A stretch of 64,000 nucleotides of DNA from an uncultured Actinomycetota bacterium (lineage in GTDB: Bacteria > Actinomycetota > Thermoleophilia > RBG-16-64-13), in assembly GCA_963843515.1 (NCBI GenBank), contig CAWJKH010000007.1:196017-260016 (forward strand). The letters are read 5' to 3'. Shown here one piece after another: positions 50,413 through 60,180 of this stretch. The notes beneath the pieces were generated by a model, which was not told the origin of the DNA, did not search any database, and worked only from the letters and a program-made list of their open reading frames with translations. Numbering within the stretch: the stretch's first letter is position 1; the number at the start of each line of letters is the position of its first letter. A program made the translations under genes and the position numbers.

Positions 50413-51381
50413 ATGCCTCCCGACCCGCGGCGCAAACTGACGATCATCGTCGAGGCGGCCGAACTCGCCCGCACGTACGTCGAACTCGACCCGGCCGCGC
50501 TCGAGCGGCTTCGAGGTGCAGTTTCGCGCCTGGCGGGGATACGGTACGACCAGACGGCCCTGCTGATATGGCTCAGCCGGATGGCTCGGGCGGTCCAGGA
50601 ATTGCCGCCGATCATTAGGGCCATGCGGCCCAAAGCGCCATGGCTGGAACTGGGGATGTTCGAGCACGTCGACCCGTGGCGGCCGGAATTCTTCGACGCT
50701 ATGTATCCCCGCGATACCTTCCCCAGAGCCATCCATGAAAACGTCCTTCCCCTGGGCGAAGCGGCCGCCCAGATCCTCGCCGAGATCGAAACGAACGGCC
50801 TTCCCGCCCCATCCATAGCCCCACCGGCGGTTTACCAGTTCAAGGTGTCGCTGGTGGGAATCACCCCTCCCATTTGGCGACGCCTGCTGATCTCCAACCA
50901 GGTGACCCTGCACAAGCTCCACATGGCCATCCAGATCATGGGCGGGTGGTGGAACTATCACCTGCATTTGTTCGAGATCGCCGGAACCGAATACGGCTAT
51001 CCCGATCCCGATGGCGAGCTTCATCACCTGAGCAGCGCCCGCTACAAACTCAACGCACTGCCGCTCACTCGGGGAGAGAACTTCCGCTACGTCTACGATT
51101 TCGGCGATCACTGGGAGCACAAGGTACTGCTGGAGGACGTGCTGCCACCAGACCAAGCGCCGCCCCATCCGGTGTGCCTGGGTGGTGAGCGCGGCTTCCC
51201 TCACGAGGATTCGGGTGGGGTATACGGCTACCGGGAGAAGCTGAAGATCCTGCGGCGGCCCAGCCACCCTGAATACGAGGAGATGCGTACCTGGTTCGGC
51301 CCCCACTTCGATCCGCAAGGGTTCGATCTAGAATTCGTCAATCGCCAGCTCCGCACCGGACGGCACCTCGTGCGGCTGTAG
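50413..51381 (+). CDS. plasmid pRiA4b ORF-3-like (PF07929-type) protein with an unknown N-terminal domain
   Basis: YQFKVSLVGITPPIWRRLLI, LHMAIQIMGGWWNYHLHLF, YVYDFGDHWEH. Confidence 0.8.
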   Translation: MPPDPRRKLTIIVEAAELARTYVELDPAALERLRGAVSRLAGIRYDQTALLIWLSRMARAVQELPPIIRAMRPKAPWLELGMFEHVDPWRPEFFDAMYPRDTFPRAIHENVLPLGEAAAQILAEIETNGLPAPSIAPPAVYQFKVSLVGITPPIWRRLLISNQVTLHKLHMAIQIMGGWWNYHLHLFEIAGTEYGYPDPDGELHHLSSARYKLNALPLTRGENFRYVYDFGDHWEHKVLLEDVLPPDQAPPHPVCLGGERGFPHEDSGGVYGYREKLKILRRPSHPEYEEMRTWFGPHFDPQGFDLEFVNRQLRTGRHLVRL

Positions 51382-51386
51382 GCAGC

Positions 51387-52637
51387 GTGAGCGACGACAG
51401 CAGCATGAGCGACAAGATCGACGGCGCGAGCGCCGGTGGGCGGGCGTGGCGAAGCCGCAACTTCGTTGTCATCTGGTTGGTCAACTTTCTCTTCACCGTT
51501 GTCTTTCTGCTGCTCATGATCGTCATGGCCAAGGTCGCCACGGACCGCTTCGGGGTGTCGCCCGCAGTGGCCGGTCTGTCGGCAAGCATGTTCATCATCG
51601 GCTCGTTCGCCGTCCGTCCGTTTTTGGCGATGCGGATCCATCAGATCGGCCAGATGAGGATCCTGTACATCGGGACCTTCCTCAGCTTGGTGCTGACTCT
51701 GGCCTACTTCTGGGCCAACAGCAGCGGCCTGCTCATGCTGGTCCGGTTCCTCCACGGCGCCGCTCACGGAGCGGCTCTTCTGGCCATAGGAACCATCATC
51801 GCCGGTGTGATACCGCGGCATCAGTACGGAGAGGGCCTGGCCTATTTCACGCTTGGCCAGACGGTCTCTACCGCGATCGCCCCGTTCTTGGGTCTGCTGC
51901 TGATCAACCGCGGGGGTTTCGATCCCATCATCATCACCTGCTCTGTCCTCATGCTGCTCTCTCTTGCGGCCCTCCCACTCTTGCGGGTGAAAGACCCGGA
52001 GCTGACCGCGGAGCAACTGTCCGAGACCAAGGGGTTCAGGCTCAGCAACTTCATCGAGCGGCGGGCGGTACCCGTGGGATTGACGCTGATGCTGGGCTTC
52101 CTCTGTTACTCGAGCGTTTCCACGTTCCTTGCGCTCTACACCCAGGAGATAGGGCTGACGACCGCGGCCGGCGTCTTCTTCGTCGTCTATGCAGTCGTGA
52201 TCTTCTTCACGAGGCCGCTGGTCGGCCGGCGGTTCGACGCGCTAGGCGAGAATTCGGTGATGTACGCGGCCATCGTCATTTTCGCTCTTGGCCTGGTCAT
52301 TTTGGCGGTGGCGACCCGCGGGTTCGTGCTTCTGCTTGCCGCTGCCGCTCTGGGCCTGGGATTTGGGAGCCTCCAGGCGTGCGGGCGGGCGGTGACGGTC
52401 AAAGTCACACCCCCGCACCGCATGGGGCAGGCCACCTCGACCTTCTACACGTTCTGCGACATAGGGCTGGGCGTCGGTCCGCTGCTCTGCGGCCTTCTCA
52501 TTCCCCTGACAGGCTACCGGGGCATGTACGGGATCATGGCCGCCATCACAGCGGGGTCGGTCGTGCTCTACCACCTGTGGCACGGGAGACAAGCGGGCGA
52601 GCCCGCGGTCCAGCGGGTGGCCGGGTCGCAGGGCTGA
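51387..52637 (+). CDS. MFS transporter
   Basis: 12-TM profile, GSFAVRPF loop 2-3 motif. GTG start 6 nt after the upstream stop. Confidence 0.85.
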   Translation: MSDDSSMSDKIDGASAGGRAWRSRNFVVIWLVNFLFTVVFLLLMIVMAKVATDRFGVSPAVAGLSASMFIIGSFAVRPFLAMRIHQIGQMRILYIGTFLSLVLTLAYFWANSSGLLMLVRFLHGAAHGAALLAIGTIIAGVIPRHQYGEGLAYFTLGQTVSTAIAPFLGLLLINRGGFDPIIITCSVLMLLSLAALPLLRVKDPELTAEQLSETKGFRLSNFIERRAVPVGLTLMLGFLCYSSVSTFLALYTQEIGLTTAAGVFFVVYAVVIFFTRPLVGRRFDALGENSVMYAAIVIFALGLVILAVATRGFVLLLAAAALGLGFGSLQACGRAVTVKVTPPHRMGQATSTFYTFCDIGLGVGPLLCGLLIPLTGYRGMYGIMAAITAGSVVLYHLWHGRQAGEPAVQRVAGSQG

Positions 52638-52719
52638 GGCAGCGGAGAAGGAACGATCCAGGCCTCGCGGGGGCAGCGGCTGACTCGTGGGAGGGCGCCG
52701 GCAGCGCCCGAGCGTCTCG

Positions 52720-53154
52720 CTAGTCCTGCAGCAGCCCGCACACCTTCCAGATCCCGCGGTGGAAGCGGTGAACCGACCCTACCGGCTGGGCGTACATCAA
52801 GACGCACGCCTTATGAACGACCGGCACGCCCTTCTCTTCGCAAAGGGCGAGCGCCTCTTTGGTATCGCATCCGGCCTGCAGCCACAGGCGTGGGATGCCA
52901 GCTTCGATGGCTTCCCTGACGGCCGCCTCGCACTTGGTCTTGGGGACGGAGATTATGGCTCCCTCGACAACGTCCTTCACGCTGTCGATGGTGGGGTCCG
53001 TCTCGCCGGCGTTGAGATACACGACGGAGACCTCGTAGCCCTTCGGGGCCAGTTCCTTGACCATGTCGCCCATCACCTGGCTCTGGGCGGACAAACGAAC
53101 CAGCGCGAGCTTCTTGTGGCTCAGGAACTCAGTGGTTGTCATCGTGGCCGTCAT
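52720..53154 (-). CDS. CoA-binding (YccU/CoA_binding_2-like) protein
   Basis: GYEVSVVYLN...IISVPK...AIEAGIPRLWLQAG pattern. ATG 53154. Confidence 0.6.
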   Translation of the reverse strand: MTATMTTTEFLSHKKLALVRLSAQSQVMGDMVKELAPKGYEVSVVYLNAGETDPTIDSVKDVVEGAIISVPKTKCEAAVREAIEAGIPRLWLQAGCDTKEALALCEEKGVPVVHKACVLMYAQPVGSVHRFHRGIWKVCGLLQD

Positions 53155-53342
53155 GTGAGGAGGCTCCCTTCTTCTCGTGACTCCGATCATCCTTGCCCTC
53201 GGGTGCCGCCTGCGCCGGCTTCCCACCCCGTTATCAGTATGGCCGTATTTCGACCATGGTCCAACCGCCGCCGGGCTTGTTTCCAGACCGGCCAGATGAC
53301 CAGTCTCCCGAGAGTCCCAGCCTCGGAGGAACCGTGCTCGCC

Positions 53343-54252
53343 TCAGAAGTAGAGGTGCTCCCTGAGGAATAGCGCCACGTCGCTCATCGCCTGCGGTCCC
53401 AGCACCATGTGCAGCATGCCCTCGTAGCACCGGTACGTCACCGGGACGCCGGCGGCACTCAACCTGTCGGCGTAGGCGCGGCCCTCGTCTCGCAGGGGGT
53501 CGAACTCCGCCGTTTGTACCAGCGCAGGCGGAAGCCCGGAAAGGTCTGGGGCGCGAAGAGGCGAGGCGTAGGGATGGGTGCCGTCTTCGGGAGTGGCCAG
53601 ATAGTGGTCCCAGAACCACTTCATCTCGTCCCAGGTGAGCACGTAGCCCTGACCGTTCTCGCTGCAGGACTCCGTGGCGGAGTCATAGTCCGTCGCCGGT
53701 ACGGTCAGCACTTGACAGGCCAACGCCGGTCCCCCCGCGATCCCGGGCCATCAACGCAACCACGGCGGCAAGATTCCCTCCGGCACTGGTTCCGCCCACG
53801 CCGACGGGCGCTTCGTCGCCTCCCAGGCCGACGCTGTTGTCCGCGGCCCAGCATGTGGCCCGGTAGGCATCCTCGGCCGCTGCGGGGAACTTGTTCTCGG
53901 GCGCCAGCCGATAGTCCACCGAGACCACGACGCACCCGGCCGCGTTGGCAATGGCCCGGCAGTCGGCGTCCTGGGTCTCCAGGTCTCCCACCACCCAGCC
54001 GCCTCCGTGGAAGTACACGAGGACCGGGAATGGTGCCTTCCCTTCCGGAGTGTAGACACGCACGGGAATGTCGCCGCCAGGACCGGGAACACGCGCGTCC
54101 TCCACCCTAGCCATGGAATCGCCGGAAGGCATCGCGGCGAACATCTCGGCAGACACTCGCCGGGCCTCCTCTACCGACAATCCGCACATCGAAGGGGACC
54201 CAGCGGCGGTATGTTGCTCGAGAAAGGCCTCGGCGAGGGGATCGAGGGGCAT
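53343..54252 (-). pseudogene. alpha/beta-hydrolase esterase/lipase (HSL family) interrupted by a +1 frameshift
   Basis: HGGGW oxyanion motif and GTSAGGNLA nucleophile elbow in ORF 53683-54252. ...PALVQTAEFDPLRDEG...MLH in ORF 53343-53723. The frames rejoin if one C of the C6 run at 53731-53736 is removed. Confidence 0.8.
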
Positions 54253-54281
54253 CCCGGTTCCTCCTGACGTTCTGTCGTGAT

Positions 54282-54605
54282 CTACTTAGGAGGCAGTGTC
54301 AGCACGAAGTCCCGTGCCTGTTCCAGCCAGTCCTCCAGGCTCTCGTCGTCGAGGCCTTCGGGGCTCACCATGATCCATCCCGACATCGGGTTCCGGCTGA
54401 TATCGAACGGTTGCACGTCCGGCCGCTCGAGGGCCTCCGCCCCGCTCTCCGGGCTGAGGCGGACGATCAGGCTGTCACCCGAGACCCCCGCCAGCATGTT
54501 TCCGCTGAGCATATAGCCGGTGCCGCCGAACATCTTCCTCCGGGTGGCGCCCCAGATGGTGACGAGCTCTTCCACCCGGGCGTCCAGCTCTGCATCGAAG
54601 GCCAT
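54282..54605 (-). CDS. TfoX N-terminal-domain protein
   Basis: KMFGGTGYMLSGNMLAGVSGDSLIVRL pattern. ATG 54605 is in frame. Confidence 0.7.
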   Translation of the reverse strand: MAFDAELDARVEELVTIWGATRRKMFGGTGYMLSGNMLAGVSGDSLIVRLSPESGAEALERPDVQPFDISRNPMSGWIMVSPEGLDDESLEDWLEQARDFVLTLPPK

Positions 54606-54698
54606 CGGTCCCCCTTTGTCCGTGGCGGCGTTGGCGGCCCCGTTCGTGACCGCCACGGCCACGATATCAAGACGGCCGCTCCCCCTGCGCCCGCTCGG

Positions 54699-55535
54699 TC
54701 ACTCAGCCGTCAGAATCCTCCGGATCGCCTGATGGCTCGTCTCGTCCGGGGACTCGGAGATGACCGTGGCCGGCCGGTCGAACAGCAGGAGAGCGTCGCG
54801 GAGCGGCTCGGCGCGGAGCGTGCCCTGGCCGTACGGGAGGTGCTTGTTCTCGTTGCGGTTGGCGTAGGCGATGTCTGAGAAATGGATATGGAAAGGCGCC
54901 CCCGGCGGCAGCATGGCGTCGGTGCGGCGAAGGACGGCGGCGAAATCGGCGGCGCTGACGAGGGCTCCATCGGTGACGGCATGAAGGTGGGCGAAGTCGA
55001 TCACCGGGCGCACCCAGTCGAACCGCTCCGCCAGCCAGAGAATGTCGTCGACGCTGCCCAGGTCCCGAACTCGTCCCATGAGTTCCACACCGAAGGGGAC
55101 CAACCGATCCTTCGTCTGCAAACGCTCCCCTAGTTCCCCCAATTGCTCCGCCACCGCCCGTAGCGCCTCTTCGCGCGGACGCCCGAGCAGGAAGCCGGGG
55201 TGGATCACTACCAGCTCGGCGCCGGCCAGCCGGGCGATACCGGCGCAGTGGTCGAGCATGCCCATGGCGCGCTGGTACTTCATGCCGCGGTCGAGATGGC
55301 CGAGGAAAGCGGGGAGCGGCGCGTGGATGGAGAGGGCTATGTCCGCGGCGGCGGCAAGCTCGCCGAAGCGAAGGGCGGCGTCCTTCTCCAGCCAGAACCC
55401 GCCCTCGAAGTCGAGTTCGCAGGCGGAGTAGTCGCGGGCCGCCAGCAACTCGACGGCTGTCTCGGGGCTCTCGTGGCTGGGGCTCTCCGACGGGCCTACA
55501 CGGACGCGCTTTGGGGGCTGCTCTGGCTGGGACAT
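54699..55535 (-). CDS. xylose-isomerase-like TIM-barrel protein (AP endonuclease family 2 / Endo IV-like)
   Basis: SIHAP, VVIHPG, VELMG, IDFAHL, HIHFSD metal-ligand-like series. Confidence 0.7.
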   Translation of the reverse strand: MSQPEQPPKRVRVGPSESPSHESPETAVELLAARDYSACELDFEGGFWLEKDAALRFGELAAAADIALSIHAPLPAFLGHLDRGMKYQRAMGMLDHCAGIARLAGAELVVIHPGFLLGRPREEALRAVAEQLGELGERLQTKDRLVPFGVELMGRVRDLGSVDDILWLAERFDWVRPVIDFAHLHAVTDGALVSAADFAAVLRRTDAMLPPGAPFHIHFSDIAYANRNENKHLPYGQGTLRAEPLRDALLLFDRPATVISESPDETSHQAIRRILTAE

Positions 55536-55573
55536 GGGTCCAGTGTAGCGCTGGGGGCCCGGTCGGGACCGCC

Positions 55574-55601
55574 CGACGGCGAAGCGTCATTCTTCAGCAG
55601 C
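55574..55601 (-). repeat. solo terminal segment (~28 bp) of the 157-bp element
   Basis: CGACGGCGAAGCGTCATTCTTCAGCAGC versus copy A end CGGCGACGAAGCGTCACTCTTCAGCAGC (about 25/28 identical). Confidence 0.5.
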
Positions 55602-55684
55602 GCGCTGGCAATCTCCCCCGCAATTCCCTATGCTTATGCGTTACAGAACTTCGTTCACTTTGACGTTCGTTATGGGGGGAGTCG

Positions 55685-56683
55685 ATGAAGGATTTCCAGG
55701 ACAAAGTCCTCTTCGTCACGGGGGGCGGCTCGGGCGCGGGCTTCGGGCAGGCGAAGGTGTTCTCCGAGGCCGGGTGCAAGGTCGTGGTCGCCGACGTCCG
55801 TCAGGACCATCTGGACCAGGCGGCCGCCTATTTCCGCGAGAAGGGCACGCCCCTCCACACCATCAAGCTCGACATCACCGATCGGACGGCCTACGCGGCG
55901 GCCGCCGACGAGGTCGAGGAGGTGTTCGGCACCCCGCCCCAGCTCCTCTTCAACACCGCCGGCGTCAACACCTTCGGCCCGCCGGAAGCCTCCACCTATG
56001 AGGACTACGACTGGGTCATGGGCGTGTGCCTCGACGGCGTCATCAACGGAATGGTCACCTTCGTGCCCCGCATGATCAAGGCCGGCCTGGGCGGCTACAT
56101 CGTCTCGACGGCGTCCATGGGCGGCTTCTGGGGCGGTAACATCACGGCCCCCTACTCCGCAGCCAAAGCGGCGGTCATCAACCTTATGGAGAGCTACCGC
56201 CTGGCGTTGGGTAAGTACGGCATCGGTGTGTCGGTACTGTGCCCGGCGGCCATCAACAGCAACATCGCCTACGCCGCCGACACCCGTCCCGAGCACCTGA
56301 AGAACACCGGGTATCTCATGGACCAGAAGGCGATCGACACCCTCAACTACATCTACGAGCGGGGCATGGACCCGGTCGACCTGGCCAAGTGGGTCAAGAA
56401 GGGCGTCGAGGACGAGCAGCTCTACATCATCCCCTACCCCGAGGAGAAGGTGGCCCTCGAGAAGCACTTCAAGCAGATCGTCGACGCGGTGCTCCCGGTG
56501 GAAGCCGATCCCGAGGGGACGGCGAAGCGGGTGGAGGCCTTCCGACACCTCGGCGAGCAGGCCGTGGAGGCAGCAAAGAAGGATCCGGATCACGTACTGA
56601 ACGTGGGGTTCGGGAAGGCGAGGCCTGAATTGGATTGGGTCCAGCCGACGAGACTGGCTGGGGAGCCTCCGGCGGAGGACTAG
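55685..56683 (+). CDS. short-chain dehydrogenase/reductase (SDR)
   Basis: VTGGGSGAGFG (TGxxxGxG), NTAG, STASMGG, YSAAK (YxxxK). Confidence 0.85.
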   Translation: MKDFQDKVLFVTGGGSGAGFGQAKVFSEAGCKVVVADVRQDHLDQAAAYFREKGTPLHTIKLDITDRTAYAAAADEVEEVFGTPPQLLFNTAGVNTFGPPEASTYEDYDWVMGVCLDGVINGMVTFVPRMIKAGLGGYIVSTASMGGFWGGNITAPYSAAKAAVINLMESYRLALGKYGIGVSVLCPAAINSNIAYAADTRPEHLKNTGYLMDQKAIDTLNYIYERGMDPVDLAKWVKKGVEDEQLYIIPYPEEKVALEKHFKQIVDAVLPVEADPEGTAKRVEAFRHLGEQAVEAAKKDPDHVLNVGFGKARPELDWVQPTRLAGEPPAED

Positions 56684-56824
56684 GAGAAGCCCCTAGGTTG
56701 GTGGCCGCCTCGTCGTAGGGTTCGGGTGCCTCTGTATCCGCGGTCGCCCTCAGCGTGCCGGTGGACCGGAAAGCGGTCAACTAGTGAGCATCGCCCCTAC
56801 CGCTACCAGAGCAAGGAGTCTTTC

Positions 56825-57256
56825 ATGGCTGGAGTAGCCCCCCCGGGTTGGCATGACATCTCCCTTCCCCTGAAACAGGACATGCACTATCTGACCCTGG
56901 ACCCGGTACCGCCGAAGATCTACCGCTACCACGACGTGGAGCTCGGCGCTAAGGTGACCATCACCATGCTCGAGATCCTCTCCCATACGGGCACCCACAT
57001 CGACGCCCCCCGCCACTTCATCCCCGGTGGCTCCACGGTGTCTGACATGGCGCTCGACGCGACGATCGGCTACTTCAAGGATGAAGAGAGCATCCTGGCG
57101 ACACACCGGGCTCTGCTGTCGGCGGGGGTCTATATTCTGGAAGGCTGCGCCCTGGCGGGCGTACCGGCTGGGGAGTACGAGTTGCTCTGCCTGCCGCTGC
57201 TTCTGTACAAAGGCGACGCCGGTCCCTGCCGCGCGATCCTGCGGCCGCTGAACTGA
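56825..57256 (+). CDS. cyclase-family (kynurenine-formamidase-like) protein, apparently internally shortened
   Basis: SHTGTHIDAPRHF motif and C-terminal PLLLYKGDAGPCRAIL. Only 143 aa, whereas I recall >200 aa for the family. AAGGAG SD. Confidence 0.55.
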   Translation: MAGVAPPGWHDISLPLKQDMHYLTLDPVPPKIYRYHDVELGAKVTITMLEILSHTGTHIDAPRHFIPGGSTVSDMALDATIGYFKDEESILATHRALLSAGVYILEGCALAGVPAGEYELLCLPLLLYKGDAGPCRAILRPLN

Positions 57257-57297
57257 ACGCCGACGCTAAACTGAACGACGATCGAGGACCAGGGAGG

Positions 57298-58476
57298 ATG
57301 AGCGTGCGTATCGTAAGGATCGATTGCATACCGGTCACCAGCAAGTTCAAGAAGCCCTTCCCCATGGGCGGAGGCGTGGAACTGGGGTCGGCCGGCGTGG
57401 TGGTGAAGCTCTACACCGACGACGGCCTCATCGGGGTGGGCGACACTGGGGGCACGTCGGCCTGGTATCGGGGCGAGAGCCAGGACTCGATCATGAGCAT
57501 GATCAACAACGTGTTCGGCCCCTCTATCCTGCTGGGCGAGGACGCGTTCAACATCGAGAAGATCGTGGCTCGCATGGACGTCATGGCCCGGGACAACAAC
57601 CAGGCCAAGGCCGTCGTCGACTGCGCCCTGCACGACCTGGTGGGCAAGGCTCTCGGGGTGCCCGTCTACAAGTTGCTGGGTGGGCTCACCACCGAGAAGA
57701 TCCCTCTGGGCTTCGTCCTGCCCGCCGGACCTCTTTCGGAGATCATCCGCATCGGGACCGGCGCCGTAGCCGCCGGCTTCAAGGTGCTCAAGCTCAAGAC
57801 CGGCGCGGGCTCCGCGGACGACGACGAGGAGAACCTCAGGACTCTGCGGCAGGAAGTGGGCCCCGACATCCAGCTGTTCATCGACGCCAACGGGGCCTGG
57901 AACTACTACGAAGCCCTCATGATCCTCAAGCGCCTGGAGAAGTACGACCTGGCCATGGTGGAGCAACCCGTGCCCTGGTGGGATGTGGACGGCATGGCCC
58001 GGCTGCGCCAGAAGACGGGCATCCCCGTGTTCGCCGACGAGGCCGCCATCGAACTGAAGCACCTCATGGAGATCGTGCAGAAGAACGCCGCCGACGGCTT
58101 CTTCATCAAGATCCCCAAGGCCGGGGGGCTGCTGCGCGCGCAGAAATGGATCTCCGTGGCCAAAGCGGCCGGGCTGCCGGTCGTCTGCGGCTGCATGATG
58201 GGCTCCGGTCTGGAAGCGGCGGCCTACACCCACCTGCTGGTGGCCGACGAGTGGATGTCCAAGCTGGTGCACGAGAACATCGGGCCTTTGCACATCCACG
58301 ATGTGTTCGACACCGTGAGCCAGCCCATCGACGACGACCTGGCCGTGAACGTGCCCCGCTACGAGGGCGGCTATCTGTACCCGCCCCAGGGTCCGGGCCT
58401 GGGCGCCGAGCTGAACGAGGCGGCGCTGGAGGCCCTGCGCACGCCGGGCAAGACCCCCACCACGATCCACGCGTAG
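57298..58476 (+). CDS. mandelate racemase / muconate lactonizing enzyme family (enolase superfamily)
   Basis: KLKTG, FIDANGAW, MVEQPV and VFADEA (metal ligands). GGGAGG SD. Confidence 0.85.
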   Translation: MSVRIVRIDCIPVTSKFKKPFPMGGGVELGSAGVVVKLYTDDGLIGVGDTGGTSAWYRGESQDSIMSMINNVFGPSILLGEDAFNIEKIVARMDVMARDNNQAKAVVDCALHDLVGKALGVPVYKLLGGLTTEKIPLGFVLPAGPLSEIIRIGTGAVAAGFKVLKLKTGAGSADDDEENLRTLRQEVGPDIQLFIDANGAWNYYEALMILKRLEKYDLAMVEQPVPWWDVDGMARLRQKTGIPVFADEAAIELKHLMEIVQKNAADGFFIKIPKAGGLLRAQKWISVAKAAGLPVVCGCMMGSGLEAAAYTHLLVADEWMSKLVHENIGPLHIHDVFDTVSQPIDDDLAVNVPRYEGGYLYPPQGPGLGAELNEAALEALRTPGKTPTTIHA

Positions 58477-58485
58477 GAGGCGGCA

Positions 58486-59116
58486 ATGGCCACGCTCGAG
58501 GAACTCCAGGCGCGACTCATCCGCCTGGACGACATCAAGAAGATCGAGGACCTGCAGAAGATCTTCGGCTACTACCAGGACTACGGCGACTGGCAGAAGA
58601 TCGTCGACCTCTTCACCGACAACGATCCCAGCGTCGAAGAGGCGGACCGGGGCGTCTACAAAGGCAAGGAGAGCGTCAAGCGCTACTTCGTCGACCTGCT
58701 GGGCGGCGGACCCGGCAAGCCGCAGCGGCCCGGCTGGCTCTCCATCATGTTCCAGCTGCAGGGGGTCGTCACCGTCGACCCCGGACGGCGCGACCGCCAA
58801 TGGCCGCTGGTACGGCATGGGCATGGAGGCCAAGCCGACCGTCTCCCTCCATGAAGGCGAGCTCCGCCAGACCTGGATCCACGGCGTCTACGAGAACGCG
58901 TACGTCAAAGAGGACGGCAACTGGAAGCTCAAGAAGCTCCACTTCAACCTGGTCTTCCGCACCCCCTTCGAGGACGGCTGGCTCAAGGTGCCCGTGGTGG
59001 GGCAGAACGGGCCCGACCGGAACATCCCGCCCGACGCCGAGCCCACCGCCTACCTTCCCTATCCTTCCGGTTATCACGTGCCCTTCTCGTTCAAGCATCC
59101 GGTGACGGGCGAGTAA
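58486..59116 (+). pseudogene. SnoaL_4/NTF2-like protein, paralogue 1, one frameshift
   Basis: ORFs 58486-58854 and 58817-59116 join into one ~209-aa protein if one G near 58783-58784 is removed (..VTVDPDGATANGRWYGMGMEAKP..). Confidence 0.7.
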
Positions 59117-59124
59117 CGGAGGCG

Positions 59125-59742
59125 GTGGCCATGACTCTGGAAGAACTGGAACGCGAAGTCACTCGCCTGGAGGACGTCCAGGCCATCAAGGACCTGCAAT
59201 GCAAGTACGGCTACTACATGGACGCCCACTATCGCCGGCAGGTCTATGACTGCTTCTCCGACACCACGGAGTCCGTCGAGATCGAGAGCACCGGGCTTTT
59301 TCTCGGCAAGAAGGGGCGTGGGGAAGTTCTTTCTGGACAACGACCTTCTCGAGCCGGGGCAGACGGAGACACCGAGCTGGATCAACATCCTCATCATGAT
59401 GGACGGCGCCGTCATCGACGTCGACCCGTCGGGCACTACGGCCAAAGGAAGGTGGACCACCTGGCTGGCCGAGGCCATGAACGTGGGTGGCATCCCCCGG
59501 CAGCAGTGGGTGCACGGCTACTACGAGAACGAATACGTGAAAGAGAACGGCAAGTGGCTCTTCAAGAAGCTCCACTGGAACGTGACGTTCTTCACTTCGT
59601 TCGAGCGGGGCTGGCTCAACGTGCCGCTTGCTAGGCAGGCTCGAACCGGCCGGACGCCGACGCACAGGCGCCGCATTTCCATCCCTATCCGTCGGGGTAC
59701 CGGCTGCCTTATAGCTTCGTGCATCCGGTGACGGGGGAGTGA
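59125..59742 (+). pseudogene. SnoaL_4/NTF2-like protein, paralogue 2, two frameshifts
   Basis: Collinear with paralogue 1 across three frames. There is a +1 in the G4 run 59313-59316 and a -1 near 59639-59642. The shared ending is YPSGY..P.SF.HPVTGE*. Confidence 0.7.
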
Positions 59743-59803
59743 GGCTTCAGGCCCCTACCAAAGTCGGAGCATCGCGGTTGCGCGGCCGTGGTACAACGGC
59801 AGC

Positions 59804-59831
59804 GTGACTCATCCGCACCCTAGACTACAAT
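59804..59831 (+). promoter_or_regulatory. putative promoter GTGACT-N16-TACAAT upstream of the DUF2188 cassette
   Basis: Hexamers at 59804-59809 and 59826-59831, identical to those at 12258/12282. Confidence 0.3.
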
Positions 59832-59880
59832 TAGCCCACCATTGGAGCCGACCCGCGAACGATTCAGGAGGTGCAGTCAG

Positions 59881-60180
59881 TTGAAGATAGCCCCCAGGGA
59901 GTTCCAAGAGGCCAGGCGAAGAGCCGCTCGCCAGAGGGTATACCACGTCATCCCCAGCGATGGCGCCTGGGTGGTCAAGCGTGCAGGCACCCAGCGGGCA
60001 TCACGAGTCTTTCCCACCCAGGAAGAGGCGCTGGCGTTCGTTGGCGTGAAGTCCTCAGTCACCTCCTCGACCGCTCCAGGACTGAAGGACGTCGGCGAGG
60101 TCGTTGTGCACAACCGGAACGGCGGAATCGAGTCAAGGATCCTGCCCATCAGGGACGCCAAGGGGCCCGCAGAAGACTAG
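59881..60180 (+). CDS. DUF2188-family small protein
   Basis: YHVIPSDGAWVVKRAGTQRASRVFPTQEEALAF...GEVVVHNRNGGI. TTG 59881 lies 9 nt after CAGGAGG (the ORF track starts at 59842). Confidence 0.6.
   Translation: MKIAPREFQEARRRAARQRVYHVIPSDGAWVVKRAGTQRASRVFPTQEEALAFVGVKSSVTSSTAPGLKDVGEVVVHNRNGGIESRILPIRDAKGPAED

Noticed and set aside
49832-50440. Remainder of the 319-codon ORF 49481-50440 as a genuine protein.
   Set aside because: Similarity to restriction/methylase C-termini ends at ~49831. The rest is antisense to the RhuM fragment and the non-coding spacer.
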